Below are positions 41,196 to 53,730 of a stretch of 63,084 nt of DNA, piece after piece. The DNA lies in the NCBI GenBank assembly GCA_905331295.1, contig CAJNYD010000011.1, positions 1-63,084 on the forward strand, in the 5' to 3' direction. The position numbers and the translations under genes were made by a program. Origin of the DNA: Rotaria socialis (Eukaryota). Below the pieces are notes generated by a model. It did no database searches, was not told the origin of the DNA, and worked only from the letters and a program-made list of their open reading frames with translations. Position 1 is the stretch's first letter; each line of letters begins with the position of its first letter.

Positions 41196-43599
41196 ATGAG
41201 TTATAGAAATTCGAATAATTTTTCATATGACAAACATTCTGAACATCAAGATCGAACAAGTTTAGGTAAACTACGTTCCAAATATTGGACAACAAAACAA
41301 CTTGTAATTAAAAAGCTTGGCCGAGAAGAAGACGAATTTGTTATTGCGTCGGATGCTGATGTTGATGCTAAACTTGAATTACTTTATACCATTAGACGAT
41401 CATGCTATGATTTAATTCGTGTATGTTTACTTGATTTTTTTTCTATCGTCGTTTTCTTTTTCATATTGCTAATCAACTCGTGATGATTCTATTTAGATTA
41501 TGGAACGGTATCAAACAAATGTTCTGTTTCTTTCTCATGAAGAAACAGATATGGCTCGATTTCTAAAAGATTACGCACAAACGGATAAAACACGTGCAGG
41601 AAAAATGATGGCAAGTGTATCAAAAGTACTTGCTTATACAGCTCAACAACGATTAACTCTCCGACAGCCATTATTACGTTTACATAATGAAATTGAAACA
41701 TTTCGTCTTCGCGCAGTCACAGATACATTAACAACAGTAAAACGTATGGAAACAGCACGAACAGAATATCGTGGCAGTATTTTATGGCTGAAAGATGCAT
41801 CAGCACAAGTTGATCCAGATAAACAATTAGAAAAGTTTCGTCGAGTACAAAGTCAAGTGAAAGCAACGAAAATTGACTATGACAAATTAAAATCGGATGT
41901 TATACAAAAAATCGATTTACTTACAGCTAGCCGATGGTTAGTATCACAGAGAATATTCGAAAATTTATATAAGCTGCAGTTATATTTCCTTCCATTATGA
42001 TAACTCGAATAGGCAATATTACTGGAAAAGTTATATTTGAGGCATTTCTTAATATTGAGAAGGTTCCTTGGAAAATATTCATCGACAGTTTAGCAATGTC
42101 TCCTTCGTTCGAAGATCAGTGATTCTATTGCTTTGTATAATCATACAAATTTTTGATTTTCGGATTCTGTATGATGAAGTAGGAAAACTTGAATTTTCTA
42201 TGGATTCGTCACAAATATTTATTTGCATTTAGTATTCGAGCACGAAAGAAATTGAGTCAGAACGAGCAACTACTAAAGTCACTTTATGTCAATATGAGAA
42301 TTATGATGAATTATTAAAAATCTAACTGTCTTTTATTTCGAGACGCCAACATAAAAATAAAAGTAATCTTTTCCAATTCAAGACCAATAAGTATTAGTCA
42401 ATTGGTCTCTTTAATAAAGTAAGATTGACAGATATTTTTCTTTTAGAATTTTCTATTGCTTGCCGAGGTCAGGAAATAGAATGCATCGAAGTCGTCTCCT
42501 CTGATAGCATTCTAAGCCTAAAGACAAATATTTTAAAAATCATACGCATGTTCTTATCTTACACTATTCTTATTTTGTTCGTCTTAGTAATATGTATTCA
42601 CATGTATTAGCAGCTTATCAAAAAAGTTTACTTAACTTTTGGGCTAAAACATCAAAAATAATGTCGGCTGTTGCCGAATCATTTCAAGGCTATCAATATT
42701 ATGAATTTACTGTTATTAAAGATCTTGTCGAACCGAGTCGATTATTAGCTGAGATGAATTCGAGTGCATTTTTGGATAAGAAAAAACCAGAAGATGAAAA
42801 AGAAGAAAAAGTGAAAAACAACGAAACAAAAACAGATGATGCACTTATTGATATCGATGATTCAACCAATAATTCAATAGAAAAAGCATCGGCTGATGTT
42901 ACGTCGAAGAGTAAGAAAATTTCTTTTGAAAAAAAAAAGTTGAAAATTTATGTTTTTCATGAATATGTAGAAGAAATTATTGATCTAACTGAACCAATCA
43001 ATGCCTTAATCGATATATCCGATGTTCAACTTGATGATCAGCTACTTGAAATCGAAAAACTAACAACCATTGATCAAGCTGCAACAGCAGCAGCTGCTGC
43101 TAATACGAATGCAGAACCAAGTGCATCCAATAGTGGAGATAATCTTGTTGACTTATTAGATTCATCTGTTGACCACGATAAATTATTTTCCGATTTACTT
43201 TCACCATTATCATCTGAAATTAATAATGATAATACGAATACTGATCTTCTTGGATTAAATCAAACTACTGGTTTTGATGCTGATTGGACAGCAGCGTTCG
43301 GTAATCTCTCAACAAATCAGCAATATTTTGCAACGTCTGCTACTCAAGATAATACTGGCGCATCAAATAACAATTTTCTTCCATCATCTCTTCTCAGTGA
43401 ATTATTATCATCAGCAAATAGAACGAATAAACCAGCGATGACATCATCAACAGGTCCGAAACCAAAGCCAACGCAAGCAACAACAGGAAAAAATACAGAC
43501 AAATCAAATTGGTTTAATTTATTTGCTGAACTCGATCCAATTCAAAATCCAGATGCTATCGGGAAAAAAGCTGGTGATGAAAATGATCGTAGTTGTTAA
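41196..43599 (+). CDS. ICA1: Islet cell autoantigen 1 (ICA69/RIC-19), arfaptin-type BAR protein
   Basis: KYWTTKQ, VIASDADVDAKLE, DKTRAGKMM, EIETFRLRAVTDT, KIDLLTASRCNMYSHVL (across intron 41937-42587) and C-terminal WFNLFAELDPIQNPDAIGK. Other introns 41421-41496 and ~42911-42970. Confidence 0.93.
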
Positions 43600-44090
43600 T
43601 TTTAATTTTTAGTTAATTTTTGATTTTAATCTGCAATATTTTATTGGTGTTGCTCTTTCCTTCTCATTATGTATCTGCTAGTCACATAGATCTTTTCCTT
43701 ACATGGAACATTCCAATAAGTGCATTATATAATCTGAACAGAGTACTTCTCATTTTTTTTCCCAAGACAATGTGAATATTTTTGTTTTTGTCTTTTTTTC
43801 AATGTGATTGTTGTTTTGGTAAAGAAAGAAAAAAATCTTTCATCTCTTTTCTTATATCCATCAGTATTTCTTTTACATTTAATCATTTCTGTTTTTTTTC
43901 TTTTTCTTTCAAGTTACAGAATATATTCATGTTAAAATTTATTTCATTAACGTGTCTCTATTGATTATGATACGTACAAGAGAAGAAATCCATTTAACTC
44001 GGAATTATAAATATGTATATGTAAGAAAATATTATCGTAAAAACAAAGGACGGAAAATAAATATTAGTTTAGAAATAAAAAATGTAGCGG

Positions 44091-46729
44091 TCAGTTTCGT
44101 GGATATATTTGACAAACATTTTTGCGGCGATCACTTTTGTTACAGTCGCATTTTGGTCTAAAGCAAAGAAACAAAGTTGATTAAGAACAGTTTCGCTTTC
44201 TCTGCTATTAAACATTACCCACTAGCTTCATTGCCAAACATTAATGGAGTAATATCATGGTCTATTGATAAGAGAATATTTCAAGCGTTTAATATATTAT
44301 ATTAATCATACAACAAAGAATCATTAATTCTCATTCTTTTATATATCTTTGAATTTAGCCCTATAAATCCATGATGAAAATTACACGATATTTTTAATTA
44401 TTTTTATTGTGTATCATCAGGTACTGTTCTGTACATTTGTATCAAACTGTTTATCGTTAACTCAGATTGCCTAAACCCGAATAAATGCTCACTGAAGCAT
44501 TCATAGAAAAACAAAGAAACAATAATGAAAATAAGCCTAACTCTTTCTTCTTTGTAACTCCACAGCACTAGCTTCGGAACAATAGTCTTTTTTTTTTGTT
44601 AGAGTATTCAAAGATCATTGATACATACAGTCCAAAATCAGTAAGGCATCTCTGTCTATGTTAAGATAAAATTTCGAAGCTGAAATCGTGTAGTTTGTAG
44701 CAAAAATCTTTGCCTTCATGCATCTCTATTACTCGCTGTGTGTTATTCGTTCTATTTAGATTAGTCTTCTTGGTTCGAAACTAATAATTTGCTAGCTTTT
44801 TATAAGAAAGAAAAATTACGAAAATCTATTTTTCAAATCTTTGAGATGAAAGACCTCTTCGCTATAATATTTTGTCTAGCAATAACAAAAGAGAATCGAT
44901 ATATGTCAGTCGATAAAGCCTGCTCATTACTAGCATCACTTTTTAGCTTTGAATAACTCATTTTCTTACTTTTATGACAAGCCCTTGCGCAAGATTTACA
45001 AATCCCTAAATAGAAAGAAAAAAAAATTTAAAAAAAAGCAGACTACATCTAAAATCAATGTTTTGTACATCTTAGTGGTTTTCCATCTTTTCCGCATTGT
45101 GGACATTGAAAATAATCGACTAGATGTTTCTGATGTGGATCTTCGTGATAAATTTGTTTAAAACATTTTTTTGGTATTTCACTTTCTAATACAACTTCAC
45201 CATGAATAACAACAAGTGTTCCTCGTAGCTATTTAAATGAATCTTTATATAATAGTAAAATACATACAAACAAACAAATGACTCACTAGTTTATGTTCTA
45301 AAATAGGTCGACAATTACGAGATACAGTCAACAAACTATTATTATCGTCATCATCATCATCATCTTCGATATCCATTCTTTTAAGTCGTTTTATTACTGA
45401 CTGTTCAGATAGATCGTCCAACGAACTGAATATAATAAATAAATTTATTTAACATAAATATATTCTATCATACTTAATACAAGTGAAAAGGACCACGCCA
45501 TCAGTTTTTACTACTTTATCATTATTTAATAGTATTAATTCATCTAATGCTTGCAACAATATCTCCATTCTAAATCAATTGTTTTTATATAATTTTTATA
45601 GTTTCTATAAAAAGATATTTACCGATCTTCGGGACGCATTAGTATTATTGGATATTGATTATCTTTATTCTTAAAGAAATGATCTTCTTTCCATAATGTG
45701 ACTCGAACTTGTGTTGAAACAGCGCCGAAATTAGAAACATGCTCATTAAGATGACTAAAGTAGAAAGTAGGATTATTTCCGTTTAATGAATTTCAACGAA
45801 ACTGACTTTTTATATGCCTGAATAAAAAGTACTTGAACATTTCGAATTTCTTCATCGAGTTTTTTTATATCGTCTTTAAATTTAATAGTTAGTTCATCAA
45901 GATTGTTCTTATATTCTATGAAAAAATTAATTATTATTTAAAAACTAAGTGTTCTATTTAGTCTTACCTTCCTTTGTTGATTTTTTTTCTTGAAGTCTCA
46001 CTACAGCTCGATTATATGCTGCTTCAATATCACTTTTTTTACGTTTATATCGACTACGCATATCATTTTCGCTTGTTAAATGATTGGCCAACGATGTTAC
46101 AAGAGTATCTAATATAAATGTTTATATACGTATAAATAGAATCGATTAAAATACCACGAAAGAGTTCTTCAAGAATTGTTCGTACTGAATTATCGCCTAT
46201 TTGAGTAACAACTAAAATTTGAAAAAAAAACGATTTGCTTATCACATAAATTGAAGATTGGTTTACTTTGATTAGCAAATGATGCTGCTTTATGTGCTTC
46301 AGCATCTTGAATGGCCTTGTCAATAGCTTCTGAAAAAATAAATTGTAAATATCGAAATAAAGAAAGAGAAAAGAAGAGTAAGCATCAGAACCTAGTAAAG
46401 TATTGTATTGAGCATCACGTTGAATATTATCTTGCTGTAAATCTTTATTACACAACGGACATCGATGATTTGAATTGATAGATTCTAGTGTCAAAATAAA
46501 AATTTAATTAATGTTTTTAGATTGTTTTTCTAATTCACCTTTGATACATTCCTCACAAAAACGATGGAAACACACTGTTACCCAAACATCTTTCATTATG
46601 TTTAGACATATTGGGCAATTGAATTGTTCTAATAATGGTTCTGGCTAGAAAAAACCGTTGATTATGATTCATAGGTTATTAATTGGAACATACTGAAATC
46701 ATACAATTTGCTGACATAGCTGTTGCCAT
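44091..46729 (-). CDS. RING-HC protein with a C-terminal UBR-box-like zinc finger (putative E3 ligase), >12 exons
   Basis: Spliced N-terminus CPICLNIMKDVWVTVCFHRFCEECIKESINSNHRCPLC (C3HC4); coiled coil; spliced C-terminus KCF...YFQCPQCGKDGKPLRWICKSCARACHKNHDITPLMFGNEASGPKCDCNKSDRRKNVCQIYPRN-stop. Confidence 0.85.
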
Positions 46730-48268
46730 TTTTCACACTTTTTTTAATATCTTAAATCATAGATGCATAAAGATTTAACGAATTTTCTCAGAACAAAAAT
46801 AAGAAAATAAATTATACACATCGACACAAATAAATTCTTCCTTTCCTCCTGTGTTCTTTCGTCTGATGTAAGTTGTCATTGTGCAATCAAATAGCGTGAA
46901 AAAAAGAACAAGCTTTTTAAGTAATATAACCTCATCTCAATTTAGAGGGCAGCAGTTGACTAAGAAAAATAGGGATGACAGTTTCTTTTTTAATATTTCG
47001 CAATATATTCATTGACAGACATAGAAGAAATGTTTTTATATAGCTCATTATGTTGTATGTTTTGGATTTTAATTACAATAGAATAATAATAGAAACTCGT
47101 ATGAAAAATAAATATGATAATCATCAAAAGTTTCGATGCTGATAAAATATACACGGAACATGTTTCTTTTTAACATCTAATTTTTTTCCTTTTCTAAAAA
47201 TAATTTGTGACAAAGACGTTAAAAGCGAAATCATGCCTATTATTGAAACAATGTCGTGAGACATACCTAATGATAGAGTTTTTAAATGAGTTATGAATGA
47301 ATATTGATTCACTTGCTTTGCTTGGGTGTGCAATCATAGAAAGTATGTTGCTCTTTCATATGAGTTGGAATTTGACCATTGAAAAGAATAGAAAATAACG
47401 GAATATTGGAGAAGACGTATTTGTAGATTCCATTTCTTTACATGAATAAAAAGAAAGAAAGATTTGAACTATCGATTTATTGAATTAACAGCAAAACATT
47501 GAGCAAAATTATGTTATTTGAAACTTTTAATTCATGACAACGTGAGCAAGTAAAAAACATCTTATCAAACGCAACAACTTTATTTTCTTTTTGTTCGAAA
47601 TAGCATATTTTCACAAGCCTCAAAAACAAATATTACTATTAGATGTATTAAGAAAATTATCACAACGAAACATGAATAACAGAAAATAATTCTAATTATC
47701 TGTATGTGGAGATTTGATTATATTCGTTGTACGTTTCGCTGAAGGTTGATCTAAAGAAAAGCATATTTTCATATAATGAAAGAATTATGTTATATATTTT
47801 CAAAAAAAAAAAACGCGAGATGATCTTTTCTGTATCGAATGATAGAAGGTAGTTCCATATCCCGTTATGAAAGTATCATTAGATATTGATCATGCATATG
47901 AGGTTAATGGAAGATGTACTCCGAGATCTTTGTTATTAGTTATTAACATGAAAAACGTATACGAAACCGTAAGCAAAGCACAGACATTATTTTTTCTTTG
48001 ACTTATCTATGGCTGATGTGCGCCTTATGATTGCTTGTCATGATACCATACAGATATCATCATTTTCTTACTGTTTCTCACATTACAGAAATTGTTATTA
48101 TTCGAGACAGAAGGAATTAGCAACTACTATTCAAAATAAAGATGTATTTACTGAGAAAACTATTACTGTATATTTCGTAAAACTCAAAGTTAGGACTGCT
48201 GGCTTTATATATAAGATGAAAGCTCATTGAATATTGTGATTGAGATGTGTTTAAAACATAATTTCTAA

Positions 48269-49631
48269 CTACCTGAAAAAAAAACGCCTGAAACTGTAGA
48301 TTTTTGTGAGATATTTCATATTTCAGTAAAAATTAGAACTATTACCAAGAGTATCTCACAGTTTTTGCTCTTGTCCTTTTCAATAGAAAAAGATTGAAAG
48401 TTCTCGTACTGTTCAAAATAGTAATAGTAGGAAGAAAAAAGAAGACTTCAGTTTTTCTATACCTTCTTCTCCTAGTAAATCATCAACTGGCCTTTTTGAA
48501 GTGGTTCGCCTGAAAGAAATGACAAAAAAATACATAACAAACAATATTTTCGAACTACGAACGGTGCAGATGTTATCATGTCTTCATCATTTGAAGTAAT
48601 TTCACTGAATACATCTTCACCATCACAGTATCTTTTAAATAAATCGTATTGTTTGATCGCTGATTCTATATGAAAAGAATTTTTTTATGAAAAAGAAACC
48701 TCAAGTTTACGCATGTACCCGGTGTGATGTCACTTATCAAATGTAATAATAAATCGATTGTCTCTTTAGATGGTCTATGTGATGTATTGATGAGATGTTG
48801 AAGTAAAGCTAGAATAAGCTGTTTTAAAACAATTTAAATTGACACTTTAAATTATTTACTGAAGATATGATTAAGAAAAGGTTCAACAATAATTGTTTTA
48901 TAAAGAAGTAATAGCTCCTGCTCAACACTTGATCTGACTTTTGGTTTAACATAAATAATATCCTTCGTTAATAAAAAATAAAAAATGGATTTGTTTTCAT
49001 AAATAAAATAAAAATTAACTAACTAGATAATGCTAAAAATATGAAACATAATCAATGTGAAAGGATACAATTACTTTTAAAGATCTCTTACGAAAAGTGG
49101 CACAATTCCTTCAATGGCTCGACGATATTGATGAAGTAAATTGGTAAATTGTAGAAAGAAAAGATTCATACGAGTATTTGAACGATCATCGATCATTTTT
49201 TGCATCTAGTAATTTCAATGGTTTCTATGGTAAGAACATCAATGGGAAATCTTACACTTTCATCCAATTGTCGTTTCAAACTGTAGCAATGTTCTGTAAC
49301 AAGATTTTTTAAATCATCAAAAAGTCGTTCTTTGTAACCTTTACATACACTTTTGTATATTTGACTATAATAAAGATTAGAATAGAAATTTCGTTGAAAG
49401 TATTGCTGCTTCTCTACCAATAAGTAGTTTGATATGATGTTGGTTTGAAATTTTCAACAGAATTCTGAAGAAATTGTTTGAGAGTTTCATTGATTGGCGT
49501 CCAAGCTTCACTGAGATATTCTGAATCGGAATACTTGACAAACACTAAAAATTTTATTTAAAGTTAACAAAGAAATTATTTCAAAAGAGAAGCATCATAC
49601 AAAGTTGAAGAAAACTATAGCCTTCGTTCAT
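48269..49631 (-). CDS. CACUL1: CACUL1-like protein (CDK2-associated, cullin N-terminal domain); 3' end approximate
   Basis: Spliced YLSEAWTPINETLKQFL...SYQTTYCQIYKSVCKGYKERLFDDLKNLV...QYRRAIEGIVPLFHYLDIIYVKPKV resembles CACUL1 as I recall it (SYEQIYSCVYKCVC, IVPLFIYMNKFYI). Includes a 9-nt microexon. Confidence 0.75.
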
Positions 49632-50093
49632 GATAGAAAATTGTTAAATGAATAGTAGATTGTTTTAAATAATTCAATAAAAACTATGATAAAATATCTA
49701 TCAAAATGACCATAGCAATATGTTGAGTATCAATTTAAAAAAGAAAACACCAAATTTCTCAACACTAGTTTCATTTTTGATTAAAAACCATTGGTTAATA
49801 GTTAAGCGAATATATCTATTGAATCATATTTCATATTTGAGATTTAACGCATATCTGAGTTTTTTCATTTATTTCCATAAGTATCCGTTTTCTGTGTGAA
49901 CTAAATATATATATAGAAAGAACTAGAGGGCGCTATTTATCTTACTGTATAGTATAGAGCACTTCTCCATGATACTGTTATTATTGTCTTGATCTATTTA
50001 ACAACCTGTCTATCTTAGATTTGTACTGTAAAAATTGCAAAGAGGTAGTTTTCTATTCTAATTATACGCCCAAGAAAAACTTATTAATGTGAT

Positions 50094-50250
50094 TCATACC
50101 CGCATCCTATCGAGGTGGGTATTGATTTACGTGAATGTAGATGCCGTGGATCTATTCTAGGTTTGCGTTCATAATTCAGTTTAATTGGGTCTTTAAAAAA
50201 ATACCCGTTGCTACTACCTTTGATAGACGAAAGCGTACCGAAAAATGTTC
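50094..50250 (+). mobile_element. Possible degraded DINE/HINE-like 5' fragment
   Basis: Hairpin atacccgc-atcctatcgag-gtgggtat resembles the 5' hairpin of DINE-1-like elements; no 3' end recognised. Confidence 0.3.
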
Positions 50251-51275
50251 AATTGATTATGTTTGAAAAAAAAGGTATGAAATGACGATTCTGTTAGGAT
50301 GGCAAAGCTTTATAATTTCTGCTATACTTAAGGATATAATCAAAGAAATATATTAACCGTGATGTAGTCAAGTATTAATGTATTTTTCATCAAAACATTT
50401 CGCTGATATCATAGAATATCGACGAAAAATAATCAGTACAGCTGATTTTATTGTTATTTTTTCAACTATTTACTAGTCCACTTCGTCGAAGAAAGACACT
50501 GTCTAATTAATGTGAGATGAAATGACTGTTGTGCTGCATGAAGCAGTGGTTCCCAAAAGCTAACATTCACAAATGCAACGATAAAAGTACTTTATCTTAT
50601 GAATGTTATTTATTTATTTTTCTTGATAGACTTTTTCTTAATGGATTCAACAAGAAAAATGGAAAACTTAAATCAACAAAAGAAAGAATACAATACAATT
50701 AGAACTAAATAAAAAAAAATACTCATTGTATAGAGTCAATTTCGAAGCAAACCAACTCTAGTCAATCATAGGTAAAATACGCAATATGTGAAGAAGAAAA
50801 GAACAGCAACGAATAAAAATTGAGACATTTGTTTTTGCACTCATTACACAATAATTTCCATCTGTTAACTGTACTTTGGTTCAATATCAATTCTATTAAA
50901 AATTAACTGTTGAATAAAAAGTTGTTTTTGTTTTGGGTTGAGATTTGAGCTTAATACCAACAAAAACTTATCTTGGTGAAATTTACAATTAAATCATTTG
51001 CATTCTTTCAAATATACAGCTATCATTAGATGTCAAAATGTGTATTAAAAGTTTGCAGCAACATTTATTTTTGAATTATTTTTATTGAAATGGTTAGTAG
51101 TTACGATATGGAAACGTCGAGTATAATATAAGAAAAGAATAGAAAAGTTACTTTAGACGCAAGGGGCAAAAACTATTAGGAAAAAAAGAAAAAAAGAAGT
51201 CAAATGTGTATTAAAAGTTATAATGATGATCATAGTTATTGTATTGTTTTTATGTAAGTGATGGATAGTCTGGTT

Positions 51276-53444
51276 TTATGCAGAGGAAATTAGATCGCGG
51301 CTAATTTCTTCAATTTTAGCACCTATAGTGGGCCAGATCATATTACGACCGAAATCATAAGCATTTCGACGAGCTCTATCGCGTACTTTTGTATCTTGAA
51401 ATAGCTTAATGATCAACGAACTCAAGTGTGCAGTGTCATTGAATGGAGTAAGAAAACCACGACCATTATCTAATAATTCTGTCGCATAGAGATAAGGAGT
51501 CGAAATCACACATTTGCCTGCGCCCACTGCCCAAGAAAGTGCACCACTAACATATTGATCTACAGAATTATAAGGAGTTAAAACAATATCAACAGCACCC
51601 AAATAAGCAATTAGTTCATCGTCATGCATATATTTATTAACAAATCGAACGTTCTTGGTCAAGCCAAATGCTGTGATATTGTTTTCAAGTTCATGAACAT
51701 AAGAGTCACCTTCGTATAATTGAACTTGTGGATGAGTTTGTCCAATAATTAGATACATTACGTTTGGAATAGATTTGACTATTGTTTGCATTGCTTTCAA
51801 AGGAAATTGAATATTCTTATTTCGATGTAATAAACCAAATGTAGCCATCATTGGTATATTTTCTTCAAACCCTAAACTGACCTTTGCATCAGCTAATGAA
51901 TGAGAAAATTTACTATCAGGTACACCATGAGGAACGACTGAGATCTTTTTCTCATCCACTCCATAAACATCAATAAGTAGTTGACGACCACCATTCGATA
52001 ACACGACAACACGTGATGATGTAGCACAAACAGAGCGCATCACACTCATTAAGAAATTATTCGGTTTTAAAACAATTCTAAAGAATAATTTATATATGCA
52101 TATGAATAATATAAACTAAATGATAATTTACGTATGTAATGTGGTGATCACAGGTTTTCTTATAGAAGCTAAAAGTTTTATCACATATTCACCATACATT
52201 CCACCAAACAGACTGAATTCGTGTTGTAAATTGAAAACATCATATGCACCTGAATTCACTATATCTGCTACCGTGTAGTATGAATCTGAATTGGTTTGAT
52301 TAAGGCGAAAAATGACCTTGTCAGTATAATTTCGACTTGATCCTTCAGCAGTGGATTCATCTACGGCTATAACATCGTACGGCCCCGGATAATTTTCTGT
52401 TAAGTCTGCTAAGAATGTAGCTAAACCACATTTACGAGGTGGATATGAACCAAGAAAGAGTACACGAGGTATAGTATTTACCATCGATTTTTGTCCTTCG
52501 ATACTTTTTTTGACATTTGATTCTAAGGAATCGATTGTCACTGATTGAAGAATAGTATAAGCAGATGGTAGATAATTAAATTGTTGGTATCGTGTAGCAA
52601 ATGCATTCAATCCATTCTCAGGTTCCTATAAATAATACATGGCTAAGTTGTTTCTCTCGCTACTATTATCTATCAGGATTACACATTTGCTGAGTGTTTA
52701 CTTACAGAATGATAAGAATTGTATGAAAGATATTATATGTGAAGTAGAATTTTTCAGTGAAAATAATCAATTTATTTTAAGAAAATTTTTGAAAAGCTTT
52801 GATTTTCACCAAAAAAGTATGTTCTCATCATAATTTTTGATATATATGGAACGGTATTCGATTGTCTTATTTTAAATAAATTATTGTTACCGCTGAAAAA
52901 AAATAGTGTATCGAAAATATCGTTTATTTCCTATTGTATAATTTCTTCTTTTGAAGACATTCTCGTTTTCAAAATAAAAATCTTTTACTCACCCATGTTG
53001 TAGCTAGCATACGATCGACTGGTGTTGGTGCATATCCAAGTCGACATGTATCCGAACGAATGCCCAGGTATTGATGTGGGAGAATAGGAAATTGAGTACC
53101 TTGGCAGTTCCCAGTACTTTCATTATTCGTTACATCACCACTGCATAGTTGAATAGTAATCAAATGCATGTAGGGCTTAATTTCATTTGTAGCACCTATT
53201 TTTAATGAACCTGATGTTTCAGTGAGAAGAAGTTGAGCACGATTATGTTCCAAAGCACGATCGATCAGATTAAACACACCAAATTCAACAGTTGACAAGG
53301 CACATGTTTGATCGATATAGAATGATACACTAGTTATATTTCCTTTCTTTGCTGCTACTTTTTGCGAATCGATGTAAACTATGCCTGCTGGAGCACCACC
53401 TTCATATAATGATCGGCGAGAAAGAATGCGTGTACCATTGATAA
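51276..53444 (-). CDS. Bacterial-type GT4 (GT-B fold) glycosyltransferase with an extra N-terminal domain; 5' end unresolved
   Basis: Exons 52993-53444, 52132-52625 and 51276-52077 join in frame via GT-AG introns. Motifs FLGSYPPRKCGLATF, LQHEFSLFGG, TTLHT, VPHGVP, TFGLLHRNKNI, IIGQTHP, FVNKY and TPY..QYVSGALSWAVGAGKCVISTPY match the bacterial mannosyltransferase-like GT4 subfamily. Confidence 0.88.
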
Positions 53445-53730
53445 CTACAATAAAATTACCATCATGAAATAGAATCAATAGTATATCCTATACCGGTGCA
53501 GTAAAAGAAAATTTTTATTCATATTCATTCATGCACAAGGCAATACTGTTCTCTTAGTCTTTCTGTTAAACTTGGTTTCATTCAAAATAGATTATATCCT
53601 GCCGACTTATTTATTTAACACAGACTAATCATTTGAACGAGAGTTTAGTGAAAGTATATCTGTATCGTTCTCAAAAATGGCTATATAAAATGAGAATATA
53701 TATATATATATATCAATCATTCATACGTAC

